A stretch of 64,000 bases of DNA from Nemertoderma westbladi (taxonomy: Eukaryota; Animalia; Xenacoelomorpha). The translations under genes and the position numbers were made by a program. The stretch's first letter is position 1; each line of letters opens with the position of its first letter. Of the stretch, positions 13,001-24,746 are shown piece by piece. The notes under the pieces are model-generated. The model was not told where the DNA came from, searched no databases, and worked only from the letters and a program-made list of their open reading frames with translations. The stretch lies in the NCBI GenBank assembly GCA_032718475.1, contig JAUCBJ010001007.1:7674-71673 (forward strand), written 5' to 3'.

Positions 13001-13407
13001 CGAACACTGTATTTAAAATTGTCTGTATTCGGAGGGTTTATCGAACACTACTAAAATATTACAATTACAATCTTTTGACTTTCTAATTTGATTTCGCAAT
13101 AATCGTTAGGTAAATTTAAAATAAAAATGTCAAACAACCACCAATGGGAATCAGTGATATATCAGATGATAGCTTAGAAGTATGTGCTTCATTTTGCACT
13201 ATTAATTCAAAATTGCAAAATTTGGAGTTTCGTGCCTTTGCATTTGGAGGGCAGTACTGTAGGAATAGGACTGTATACATACAATGAATATTGGTGTGAT
13301 ATTGTCAAAAGGCTAGTTAGAAAATATATTACTAATTAGATTTTTTTTTTTAATTGGTACAAGAAACTATACAAATATTTATTAACCCTTTGCAGCTGCA
13401 CATTTAA

Positions 13408-14542
13408 GGGGGGGGGGGGGGGGGGTAGCGCATTTTCTGACCAAATAGTCGAATTTTTGAAACATATCCTATCTGATGCAGAATTTCATGCTGAATCCAA
13501 ATATGGAAACCGTTTTCCTATATCTTGCTTACTTTCCGAGATATCTGGGATAGAAGAGACTGGCTCCGATATATCGCGATATCGGTAAGGCGATAAAGTT
13601 TGGGGTTTGCATTCAATTTCTGAAAATTTCTGTGCTCAGTGGTGCTAATTGGATGTCTCCACGAGAAAGAGCACAAAATTTTAATTGAGAAGGTATTTTT
13701 TTATGATTATTTGACCTACTGATCAGTTTATAAGACAACTTCATGTCTACGGAATGAAGACGGGACTCGAATAAGCGATCTTTGCGGGATTACACGGAAT
13801 AGACTTATCGGTCATCGGAGATCTTCAAAATGTATAATCTCCAGTTCTAGTGGTCGTACGGAGTTCGTTTAGGGCTCATTCGAAAGTTCTTTTCTCAGAG
13901 ACCAAAGTTACCATTTGGTTTGGCAAACTCTTGAAAGCTGCCTGAGCACTCATAACTTGAACAAAATTTGCAAGGCATATTTTACCAAAATTCATGTTAT
14001 GTTGCTTTAGAACCATTTTGTCTTAAATCAAATGGTAACTTTGTTCTCTAAGAAAAGAGCTTTCGAATGAGCCTAAAACGAACTTCGTACGACCACTAGA
14101 ACTGGAGATTATACATTTTGAAGATCTCCGATGACCGATAAGTCTATTCTGTGTAATCCCGCAAAGACCGCAGAGTCGCTTATTCGAGTCCCGTCTTCAT
14201 TCCGGAGACTTGAAGTTGTCTTATAAACTGATCAGTAGGTCCAATAATCATAAAAAAATACTTTCTCAATTAAAATTTTGTGCTCTTTCTCGTGGAGACA
14301 TCCAATTGGCACCAATGGGCACAGAAATTTGCAGAAATTGAATGCAAACCCCAAACTTCATCGCCTTACCGATATCGCGATATATGGGAGCCAGTATCTT
14401 CTATGCCAGATATCTCGAAAACTAAGCAAGATATGGGAAAACGGTTTCCATATTTGGATTCAGCATGAAATTCTGCATCAGATAGGATATGTTTCAAAAA
14501 TTCGTCTTTTTCGTCAGAAAATGCGCTACCTCCCCCCCCCCC
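13408..14542. mobile_element. Fold-back non-autonomous DNA transposon (Kolobok-like)
   Basis: ~510-bp near-perfect inverted arms (13408 to ~13920; ~14025 to 14542), ~100-bp loop, poly-G/poly-C termini, TTAA on both sides (13404-13407, 14543-14546). The Kolobok label rests on TTAA plus purine 5' termini. Confidence 0.8.
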
Positions 14543-14714
14543 TTAAACACCACACACAGTGAAATATTAATAAGAACCACCAGCTGAGATAGTATGTCGT
14601 CCGGCAACCTTTAAAAATATCAACAAACATTGTCCAGATACAGATACGGCAGCCTACCGCAGTACCGGTACAGATTACAGCGGTGAGGGCATTCCTGCAC
14701 CGTCTTCGAACCCT

Positions 14715-15196
14715 AGACCGCTTCACCATTTAGTGCGGGATCCACGCAAGCAGTGGGAGGTCCCGCAGACAACCGCGAACTGCACCCTAGAGTGAACCCA
14801 ACCCATAACAAAGGAGTAAGGCTTGCCCCACGAGTGGTGCAGTCTGTCCGCGATTATTCGCAGGAGTCTGTATGCCTGCGGGGCCAACACACCGTCGCAG
14901 GAAACCAAGAAAGGTGAGAAATCACCTTGTCGAGCTGTTACTGCAGCGGAATATAACCGCTTCTTCTCATCTTCTGCAGCTTCGAGTAGGGACATGGTGG
15001 GGTGATTTACATACGACTCGGCATCAAGGTTGGTTTAACGGATATAGAACAACGCCTGAGTCCGTACGTTAATCGCACCTCTTATTCCCACGTCGCACCA
15101 CAACGGTGAAACCCGGCTACATTTCCCCCCTCCAGCTGTTCGCGCACCACGGGTTCGAGGGTAATGTTGCGCGGCCCAATTGCGAGCGCGTCGATC
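14715..15196 (-). pseudogene. CRE-clade non-LTR retrotransposon 3' fragment (restriction-like endonuclease)
   Basis: EKKRLY..FSPFLVSCDGVL..WVHSRVQFAVV..CLRGSR, homologous to the C-terminus of 47323-48207. Confidence 0.8.
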
Positions 15197-15240
15197 ACTA
15201 ATTAGATTGTTTATCTTGCATTATACGGAATTTGTCACAC

Positions 15241-16859
15241 ACACTTCCTCCTCCAACAGTACCCCTCTTATAACCACTTCCACGTCCAACAGTCCCCCTT
15301 ATACCACTTCCACCTCCAACAATACCCCTTAAACTACTTCCTCCTCCAACAGTACCCCTTATACCACTTCTTTGTCCAACAGTCCCCATTATACCACTTC
15401 AACCCCCAACAGTCCCCCTTATACCACTTCCACCCCCAACAGTCCCTTTAAACCACTTCCGTCTCCAACAGTTCCCTTTATACCACTTACACTTCCAACA
15501 GTCCCCCTTATACCACTTCCACCTCCAAAAGTCCCCATTATACCACTTCAACCCCCAACAGTCCCCCTTATACCACTTCCACCCCCAACAGTCCCCTTAT
15601 ACCATTTCCTCCTCCAACAGTACCCCTTATACCACTTCCACTTCCAACAGTCCTCCTTATACCACTTCCACTTACAACAGTCCCTCTTATACCACTTCTT
15701 CATCCAACATTACCCCTTATACCACTTCCTCCTCCAACAGTACCCCTTATACCACTTCCACTTTCAACAGTCCTCCTTATACCACTTCCACCTCCAACAA
15801 TACCCATTATACCACTTCCTCCTCCAACAGTACCCCTTATACCACTTTTACTTCCAACAGTCCCCATTATACCACTTCAACCTCCAACAGTCCCCTTTAT
15901 ACCACTTCCTCCCCCAACAGTCCCCCTTATACCACTTACACTTCCAACAGTCCCCCTTATACCACTTACACTTCCTACAGTCCCCCTTATACCACTTCTT
16001 CATCCAACAGTCCCCATTATACCACTTCAACCCCAACAGTCCCCTATATACTACTTCCTCCTCCAGCAGTCCCCCTTACACCACTTGCACTTCCAACAGT
16101 CCCCCTTATACCACTTCCACTTCCAACAGTCCTCCTTATACCACTTTCACTTCCAACAGTCCCCCTTATACCACCTCCTCCTCCAACAGTACCCCTTATA
16201 CCACTTTCATTTCCAACAGTCCCCATTATACCACTTCAACCTCCAACAGTCCTCTTGATACCACTTCCTCCTCTAACAGTCCCCCTTATACCACTTACAC
16301 TTCCAACAGTCCCCTTTATACCACTTACACTTCCAACAGTCCCCCTTATACCACTTCTTCGTCCAACAGTCCCCTTTATACCACTTCCTCCTCCAACAGT
16401 TCCCCTTATACCACTTACACTTCCAACAGTCCCCCTTATACCACTTACACTTCCAACAGTCCCCCTTATACCACTTCTTCGTCCAACAGTCCCCTTTATA
16501 CCACTTCCTCCTCCAACAGTCCCCCTTATACCACTTACACTTCCAACAGTCCCCCTTATACCACTTACACTTCCAACAGTCCCCCTTATACCACTTCTTC
16601 GTCCAACAGTCCCCATTATACCACCTCAACCTCCAACAGTCCCCTTTATACTACTTCCTCCTCCAACAGTCCCCCTTATACCACTTACACTTCCAACAGT
16701 CCCCCTTATACCACTTGCACTTCCAACAGTCCCCAATATACCACTTCATCCTCCAATAGTCCCCCTTATACCACTTCTACATCCAACAGTCCCACTTATA
16801 CCACATCCACCTCCAACAGTCCCTCTTATACCACTCCACATACAACAGTCACCCTTATA
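15241..16859. repeat. 30-bp satellite (CCCCCTTATACCACTTCCACCTCCAACAGT)n
   Basis: ~54 units with 30-nt period; same family as 51990-53415. Confidence 0.95.
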
Positions 16860-17494
16860 TGTGACGGGACCTTGGAGTTGGCAGTATAGATCCCGACCGG
16901 TGCGGTGTGTGTTATACGCGTCGCCGCGTCCATAGGCTGCTAAAGCTATAGTCTGGATGTGTATAGTAGGCCGAAAGGCCATTCAAATAACTGAGTTTTA
17001 CTGCCAGTGTTTATAATCGCAGAACGTAATAATAGCACAGTCTGAATATAATAGCACAGTAGTGACGACGATGGTTAAAACTGTTCCGGTCTCACAACTG
17101 TATAGGAACCAACTGAACCAGTAATCAATAACTGCAACGGTTATATTATTATTAACACATACTAAATCAGATCTACACTACTGAGTGGCCTGAGTGTCCA
17201 ATAGATGCGCTCTAATCACTCCCAATGTGCTCTACCACCCACCATTGGCTTAACATGATTAATTGTCACCTCACCACTCCCTGTTGCCACTATCCCACGT
17301 GCTAACCTTACTAGCCTGTTTGTCCCTCTGACGTGGTTTGACCTCTAAACTCTCCCTGTGACTTGTGGCGTGTATCGCATTAGTTGGTTGTGAGGTGACA
17401 TTATTATTGGTAATGTCACCTCGCCAACTATAATTGGTAAAATGCCACTAATCCCATTTTTGGTGGGTAGTGCAGGGAATTGAATCCGCTTACA
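16860..17494 (-). repeat. 3' LTR of element B
   Basis: Minus strand starts TGTAAGCGG right after the PPT and ends ...CCCGTCACA at the satellite edge; the second LTR is absent, so the limits are inferred. Confidence 0.7.
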
Positions 17495-18489
17495 CTCCCC
17501 CCCATGCTATCTTCCCGGTGAGAAGATAGCATCAACCTTAATTGCGCTTCAATTCCGCTGGAATCCAATCTAATATTGGATGTGGGTTGGAATTATCTTC
17601 TCGGGGTCGGCTTTCCAGGCTGGCCCTCATGGGTTTGTTATCACTGCCCATCCTTGGCACACCTGAGAGCTAGGATGTACCAAGGCATCTGGCATCTCTG
17701 CTTTAGACGATCGCCCTCACTCCTCACACAATTTTACCTCTCAGTCTTTGTTGTCCCTTCCTCTCTCGCCAGTCCCTTGGGACTCATCCCCCTCTATGCT
17801 CGCTCCCCACACTTGAATCTCGCACCTCTTTTACTTCCTCATACCCTAACACCTCCTCCCCATACTCCTCCCATACTCGACCCGTTTTTGCTGTCACTCT
17901 CCTCACACTCTTATCGAGTCCCACGCATGTGTACAGCATGTCAGTGAGATCCGTCTTTGTCCTGTCCTCCTGTTTCAGTCAATTAGTCCCCAGTCCCAGT
18001 AGCTAATTGGAAAAGGTTATATTCGACTATGATAGATCTATACTGATTATATATTGGGTATGTATATTGATTATTTTACGTATGTACATACTAATTGCAC
18101 TTAATTAAATTGCACTTAGGAGTTTGTACCGCTGCGTCCATGTGGTGCCTTCCAGGCACGTTGATATCCCCTGTCTTGGAGTTCTACATTGCTCCTCCCG
18201 CACCCTCCGGGAACCACCTAAGTTCCTTGACCCTGTCTTCATCCTGTCTGGGCCGCTACCTCCCTTCCTGTTTACCCTTGAGGCTACTCATCCTCGCTGA
18301 TACCGTCTTACCAAGCCCCTTTGTTGGTTCTTTGGGCGCGGGTGTTATTAACTCCTGGTATCGCTTCGCAGGTGGTCCCACTGAGTGTCCCTCCTGTCTC
18401 CCTCTGGTAGCGTCCCACAAGATCATCTTCATCGCACGCGGCACGTGTTCCCCCAGAAAGTCCCTGAATTCGACCCTATTTTCTGGTGA

Positions 18490-19341
18490 CTATCTGTCCA
18501 GATGTCTTTGGGTATTGATGACCCCTCCGTACGATGCCGCTGTCGCTACCTCCTGATATGTGAATGGTAGTCTCCTCTTGGTGATCTGCTGGTGAGCTTC
18601 TATATTAATGTTGAAGAAGCCCCACCGGAACTCCTGGGCCTTCATCCTTTGTCGTGTCATGACTCCGACGTCGGCCCACTCCTCGAAAATCCGGAATTTC
18701 TCCTCATAGTCCATCCAGTCGCACCGGCGATCAAAGTGCCCTCTAAACTTGCACTTCAAATATCTGTTGTGCAACCTCGGACAGGCACCCATCTTGAGAG
18801 TAGACTCGCGGCAGAAAAGACACGCCGTCCCCTTCTGGAAACGGTATAGACAGTTCTTTTGCTGATGGGTTAATCTCCCACAGTAATCGCAACTGTGCAT
18901 CATTGTCTCCCGCCCCAAGTCATCCTTGGCTCTGTGTGGCCTCCTGGGTCTATGGAGCCACTGGTAGGGAAACATCTGGACGTTGTCTTCCCTACCCATG
19001 TTGATGTCCTCCTCCACCCTCGGCATCGTTTCTCCAAACACTACCCATGGTGCCGTCCCTGGTTGCTCGCCCAGCCGGATCGTACTCGCCGCAAAATCCA
19101 TTGCCGGCTCCCCATGCTCCCAGGTCCGCTTACCGGGTTTGTCCCAGAAGGCTCTCGCCCTGCTGACCGTCACCACTCTCCCATCCACCCAGTCCGTGTT
19201 TGAGTGGCTGATCCTTGCTATCAGTGGCATCGCCCCAAACTCATCCTCTTCCTCTTCCCCTGGTGGGGGCGCAATCCCCTCTATCGGTGGCATCGCCAAG
19301 AACTCGTCCTCTTCTTCTACCCCTGCCGGGAGCTGATCCAA
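18490..19341 (-). CDS. Element B accessory protein C-terminal part: triple CCHC-like zinc knuckle (probably a frameshifted continuation of 19610-20650)
   Basis: CDYCGRLTHQQKNC, CLFC..GACP, CKFRGHFDRRC, then FEEWADVGVMTRQR; aligns by eye with 39197-40894. Confidence 0.7.
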   Translation of the reverse strand: MDQLPAGVEEEDEFLAMPPIEGIAPPPGEEEEDEFGAMPLIARISHSNTDWVDGRVVTVSRARAFWDKPGKRTWEHGEPAMDFAASTIRLGEQPGTAPWVVFGETMPRVEEDINMGREDNVQMFPYQWLHRPRRPHRAKDDLGRETMMHSCDYCGRLTHQQKNCLYRFQKGTACLFCRESTLKMGACPRLHNRYLKCKFRGHFDRRCDWMDYEEKFRIFEEWADVGVMTRQRMKAQEFRWGFFNINIEAHQQITKRRLPFTYQEVATAASYGGVINTQRHLDR

Positions 19342-19609
19342 ACCCGGGAGCCCAGTTAATCAACTGTGTCCCTTTCCACCCTGGTATCCGCCCATAGCCT
19401 TCCACCATACTACCTCCCTCGGTCTCTTCCTTCCGATGTCACCCTCAGAGCCTGCTGTGGCATGGGCATTCTTTGCAACCCCGATGTTGACTGTGTCGGT
19501 GTCTCTTCCATCCAACCCAGTTTGTCCCCCAGCCGAAACTCGTCCGAGGTCTCCGATCCCCACCTCAGCCCGTCTAAGTCCTGGGCTTCGAACTCATACT
19601 CCTCTCCTC

Positions 19610-20650
19610 TTATATCCGCTTCTCTGCCCACTGCCTCCTTTCTCTGGCGACTTCCTCTAGTCTCCTCTCCTCGACCCTATCAGCCTTCAATTTCCTCCAT
19701 CGCTTGTACGGTGTGTCTACCTCTCTGTCCACTAGGTGTCGGGTATTGTAATATACCGACTTGCCCTTCAGCCCCGGTTGATCTACAAGACATTTTAGGG
19801 CCACCTTAAAGGCTCTCCTGTGATTCAGAGGTGCTCCTGATAGTAGAAACGCCACCGGCTCCCTCCCCATAGTCACCGTAATGAATAGGTTTAATAAACC
19901 TATCATTATCCAATCCTCCTGTAGGATATATCTCTTCTGATATATCTTTATCACTCCCTTCCAGAAGTGATATAGTTCTTCCTTTCTTGGTCTCACTCCC
20001 CACTTGAGCGAGTTAGCAAGTTCCGCTCCGTATTCTTCCCGGAACTTGTTCCAGTCCATCGGCTTGTTGCAGACGAGTTCCATCAGTTGGCCCATCGCCA
20101 CGGCTCCGCCACGTCCCATGTTATCCACCAATCCCAATCCCTCTGGTTTCGTCATAGCCATGTAGACTACCTGCATGTCCAGGTCCACCTGCGTGCCCGG
20201 TCCAAAAATTCTATCTGCATCGTCGCGTATTGCCGATCCCACCTTGATCGTAGTTTTCTGTCTCACTAGTTCCTGCACCGCCTTCGGCAACCGGTTTAAC
20301 TTCGGCCCGCTTTTCTTTCCATATGTCCCTAGGTCGAATAGAAAAATATCTCCGTTCGGCGCTGCTAAGTGCAGCAATATAGTTCTAGCCAATCCTCCCG
20401 ACCCCATTTTCGAGCCCTCATCATCCTCCACAGTCCCTTCGTCGTCTAGGATCATGTATCCGCCCCTCTCCATGGAATCTACAAATCTCCTCCACTCCTT
20501 CCTCGGTGGTTCCCTCGGGTACTTTGGTATCCCGAACTTTGCCTCATCCCCCTTTACAACATAGCGAAGATGCTCGTCAATCGCGTTGTCCAACGATGGT
20601 CCTGACCAGTCGCCGATTGAGCATCTCCCTAAACTGATCCTGTAGCGCAT
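19610..20650 (-). CDS. Element B accessory DEDDy 3'-5' exonuclease (RNase D/WRN/EXD-like)
   Basis: ExoI ILDDEG; LHLAAPNGDIFLFDL; LPKAVQELV..TIKVGSAIRDD (ExoII); DLDMQ; Q.RYILQED (ExoIII-like). A likely original start near 20784 is frameshifted. Confidence 0.75.
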   Translation of the reverse strand: MRYRISLGRCSIGDWSGPSLDNAIDEHLRYVVKGDEAKFGIPKYPREPPRKEWRRFVDSMERGGYMILDDEGTVEDDEGSKMGSGGLARTILLHLAAPNGDIFLFDLGTYGKKSGPKLNRLPKAVQELVRQKTTIKVGSAIRDDADRIFGPGTQVDLDMQVVYMAMTKPEGLGLVDNMGRGGAVAMGQLMELVCNKPMDWNKFREEYGAELANSLKWGVRPRKEELYHFWKGVIKIYQKRYILQEDWIMIGLLNLFITVTMGREPVAFLLSGAPLNHRRAFKVALKCLVDQPGLKGKSVYYNTRHLVDREVDTPYKRWRKLKADRVEERRLEEVARERRQWAEKRI

Positions 20651-21224
20651 GCTCTTTGTGACCCTTTGGGAGATGGATTGTAGTATCCCTTTGCCTTGTT
20701 CTCCGGATGCCTCTGCGTGAAATCCATTAGCAACTCCTTCCTACTCTTCTCCGATTTCCTCTTCTTCACTAGTTTCTCCGCCATCACGAATCTGCACACT
20801 CTCACCTAACTGGTGGGGCCTTAGAAAGGCTCAGTTTTAGTAAGTGGGTCGTCAAACAGAATGTTATTAGTTCCGATCAGTGATGGCCTACCTCCTTTGC
20901 TGTGTTTTCCTGTAATTTCATACAAATATCCCCCCTATGTAACAATTTTTCATAAATTTACAATTTTGTCTGTTGCTTTTTATTAATGATTCTAGAGTTT
21001 CTCCCCCAGTTGCCATAATTTGTAAATTTTTACTATTATTTATATCCCCCCTTACATGTGCTATTATACTATCTGCCATCTGATTACTTACTTAAGTAAC
21101 CCGTCCCTACTTGTATACAGAGAAGACTAGCTACAGTTTTCTTATTACCGTACTAGCTTCCTACCAGACAGTTTCCTGGCTCTGTAACAATACGCTAGGT
21201 CTGCACTACAGGCTGTGCGCTACA

Positions 21225-21900
21225 GTAGTCCCTCCCTCAACTCCTCACATGGCACCCTCAGTGCCCACAAATTTACGGTACTATGTACCCTTTCACCACG
21301 GTATGCGTGCATACCCTCCCTCAACTCCTCACGTGGCGCCCTCAGTGCCCATAATTGTGCATATGTAAATTAAGTACGTTGGTACATTTTGTACCCATCC
21401 GACGTACGTATTTAACTACCTGCACCTATGTATCATGCACGCCGGCATGCCCGTACCCGTCTATTACGGTATGCTTACATACCCTCCCTCAACTCCTCAC
21501 GTGGCGCCCTCAGTGCCCATAATTGTGCATATGTAAATTAAGTACATTGGTACATTTTGTACCCATCTGACGTACGTAATTAACTACCTACACCTATGTA
21601 TCATGCACGCCGGCATGCCCGTACTCTTCTATTACGGTATGCATACATACCCCCCCTCAACTTCTCATGTGGCGCCCTCAGTGCACACAAGTTTACGGTA
21701 CTGTGTATGTGTACATACCCCCCTTCAACTCCTCACGTGGCGCCCTCATTGCCCACAAATAGTGGATATGTAAATTAGGTACGTTGATACATTTTTGTAC
21801 CAGTCCATCGTATGTAATTGCAACTACCTACACTTATAAATTATGTACGTTGGTACATCTGTACCCATCAGACGTACATAATGCCTACCTACAGCGTACC
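21225..21900. repeat. Internal tandem repeats (~175-bp and shorter units) of element B
   Basis: CCCTCCCTCAACTCCTCACGTGGCGCCCTCAGTGCCCA recurs five times, with GTACGTTGGTACATTTTGTACCCATC blocks. Confidence 0.85.
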
Positions 21901-22238
21901 TTGGTACTAGTGTTTTATTTATTTTATTTTTATTTTTGTGGGAAGGGTGTATCGCCCTCATTCCCACCCCCCTCAGTCCAACTTATTGGACGACTCAGGA
22001 ACCTAAGGGTGATTCTTCCAGCAGGCAACTCTCCCACTGCCCCCCTGTAGGTCATCTTATTCTTCGCCCCACTCTCCTTGTCAATTCCAACTCTCTTGGA
22101 TTTGACCTTCCCTTCTCCTCCACCCTAAAATCGGGTCTTTCCGTCACCTCACTGATCTCCTCATGGTCCCCTGGCAGCAAAATGCCACTCTTCATCTTGT
22201 CGTCATTTGGCTGTAGAATGCCGCCCTTCATGTCATCC

Positions 22239-23231
22239 TCACTGGTACATGCCACCTCTGCTGCCCCCCCCCCTCAATATGTGCGCCGGCGTTAAAGCCC
22301 CCGATGACCATTGGTCATCCTTTGGTACGCATAATGGCTTACCATTTAATGCCCCCTCGCACTCTGCCAGTCCCGTGTCCAACACATCTCCTCTAACTTT
22401 CCTACCTCCATTATCCTTCATGATCAGCTCCTCTCCCTTTGGATTAACCTAATTACATCCTCTCCCTTTCAACCTTGTCATCTTATTCGACATCCTCTCT
22501 ATCGGTATGCTTCTTAATTTGACCGGCGTCTCTTCCGGACATCTCTCCAGATATCTCGCCTTCCACTCTTCTCCATCCTCATACCAATACTCGCCAGGAA
22601 CATTTATGTTCCATCCCATCGCCTCTAGGTCCTGTGCGTCGAACCCATTCTCCTCCGCCCACTCCCTTGCTGTTACTTGTCGTCCTGTCTCCTCTACCAA
22701 CGGTACTTCTCCGGATTCGTCTTCCACGCTTTCCATTATATGTGGATCCAGATCCATACCCATCCCCGACTCCTGGTGTCCTTCCCCGGGCTGCTTCTCA
22801 TCTGGGACTTCCCCATCACCCGTCTTTGACTTCTGCTCGGGCCGCTTCCCATATGGGACCTCCCCATCACCCGTCTTTGGTTTCTCCTCTATGTCCTCAA
22901 CAGTAGCGGACAGCATGGAGCACCCTGGCATTATCGCTGCAATCTCGCATCGTCCCCTCCTCATCTTCATGACCTCGTCTTCGCTTGAGATCGTGGTCAC
23001 CGCCATTTTACTTGGCCTGGTTCGTAATCCTATCTTCACAGCCACCCAACTCTCCATTAGCGTGAATGCTGCTCCACTATCGACCAACATTAGTGTCGTA
23101 ACCGATAGCCCGTCCTCTCCTATTATTGTCACTGGTACTACTCCGAGTAGTACTGTCCTCTTCCTCCTTGCTCCCATGGTGCTCGTTGCCATGGTTTGGC
23201 CTCCAGTCCCATCAGTCTCGTCATATTTCAT
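22239..23231 (-). pseudogene. pol: Element B pol remnant: aspartic protease joined by deletion to the integrase C-terminus
   Basis: VLLGVVPVTIIG..LVDSGAAFTLM (Bel/Pao protease) and ECEGALNGKPL..ALTPAHIL (compare EIAAYLNERPL..ALTPAHFL in element A); no RT or RNase H between them. Confidence 0.75.
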
Positions 23232-23575
23232 CGGTGGTTCCTGGCACTCATCCTTCCAGTGTCATCCTACCGCGCATCGATGACATAGTCCATTCTTACA
23301 TATATAATACCTAATATACAGCTATTAGAATAATAAGATACAGCTATACAAAGGCAGAATTATATAGAGACACGGGTTAGTTACACTAGTACCCCCCCCC
23401 CCCCCCCCCCCCCCCAGTAAAATTTAATGGAATTTATATGATGGCAAAAAAACGAAAAGATCTTAGTTTTTTTATGCCGTTAATATATGCGTTTTTATGC
23501 GTTTTAATGATGCTTGCATGGCTTTTGGTGAGGTCAGTTTGTAACAAGAGTTATCATTCTTACGAATACTGGAGT

Positions 23576-24746
23576 TGTAAAAGCTTTTGCGGATATACTC
23601 AGTCCCCCTCGCCCGCAAGGTACCGTTATAGGTGTTTTAACGGACATAAAAGTCATTCTTCTATATACGTGCTTTGGCGGACATGGTAAGGCAAAAAACC
23701 CGCAATGCACCAAATACCTTTACACAGCTTAGCCTTGATGATTCAGATTACGACATCTAACAGCTGGTTGCTGACATGGAAACGGCCATTGGACACATGG
23801 TTCTTTGTTTAGCTTAAGCCAATCAGAGCGATTTTTTCTGTCGATGTGGAGATATTCGGCCGATCATACTAGGAGTGTTCAGTCTTACTGTTTTTTCTTG
23901 ATACTGTTGTGTTGTTTCTATCTAGGCCAGGAACACCGGCTCTAGAGTCAACTCGTTTTCATACTTTAGAAGAAACATTAGTAGGCTTAAATTATAGAGC
24001 GTATAACTGTTATCATATCATACTTATCGCAATTCAGTCTTACATTATCGGTTCAATATACATTATTATACTGCTATTTACTATTGTTTGGTTGAATATT
24101 ATTTGGAGAATATTTATAAAGAACCCAAATTTCCCAATTTTCTTGATACACTACAGGTTAGAGAGACGGGTTATATATAGCGATTGCGACTTATATTATT
24201 GTGGTTTGTAGTGAATTTAATGCTATTTGATAAGCACTACATGAGTCCGTTGCTGTTCTCTTTATATATGATAAAATTCATTGACGGTCGGCAAATTAGT
24301 GAGCAGTATTGTGTGTTACCGGTAGTGTGCCTGATTGTGACTGATAACTAAGCATTTCCTAAAGAATGCGCCTCATACGTGAATCATAAGCCTTACCGAC
24401 TTACCGTTGTGATTAGTATAAGTCATATCTCTGTTTACCTAGATAGAGCGCCACGTCCTAAAGGAACTGTTAATATTTCCCGAAAGTGAATAATATTAGT
24501 CAGAAATTATTTATTAACGATCAATCGAATAATACAGTAAGCTTACACTGCAATAATAATCTAAGCCCTCAGAATCCAGTCTCCCGGGTATATCCAGCGG
24601 GTGAATGGACGCGCACTAGGCTGGCTTCTGCTAATGTTGTGTTTATTGGTATTAAATATTTGTCAACTTCTAAAGTCTATTTATAAACCAAAAGACATAT
24701 AAATTTTGGCAGGTTAAACTGCTAAAGGTCTTCAAAAGCGCGTACA
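23576..24746 (+). repeat. 5' LTR of element A
   Basis: TGTAAAAGCTTTTGCGG...AAAAGCGCGTACA; roughly 98% identical by eye to 40973-42135; CCAAT box near 23819. Confidence 0.95.

Larger units (their letters stand above)
16860..23290 (-). mobile_element. Element B: 5'-truncated, internally deleted Bel/Pao LTR retrotransposon with accessory exonuclease/zinc-knuckle module
   Basis: Minus-strand order: gag knuckle remnant (HWKDEC, ~23245-23265), protease, integrase C-terminal fragment, repeat-rich spacer, DEDDy ORF, CCHC ORF, PPT GGGGGGGAG (17495-17503), TG...CA LTR. Confidence 0.8.

Noticed and set aside
15372-16935. 505-aa mucin/extensin-like ORF (SPPYTTSTSN)n and related ORFs
   Set aside because: Satellite translation; frame switches within the array, no signal peptide, and the second array is full of stops.
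22507-23283. 258-aa Ser/Pro-rich plus-strand ORF and other antisense ORFs over elements A and B and the receptor genes
   Set aside because: Shadow frames of real coding sequence on the opposite strand.
23909-24686. Short ORFs duplicated at 41272-42075
   Set aside because: They lie inside the LTRs, and the duplication is just LTR identity.
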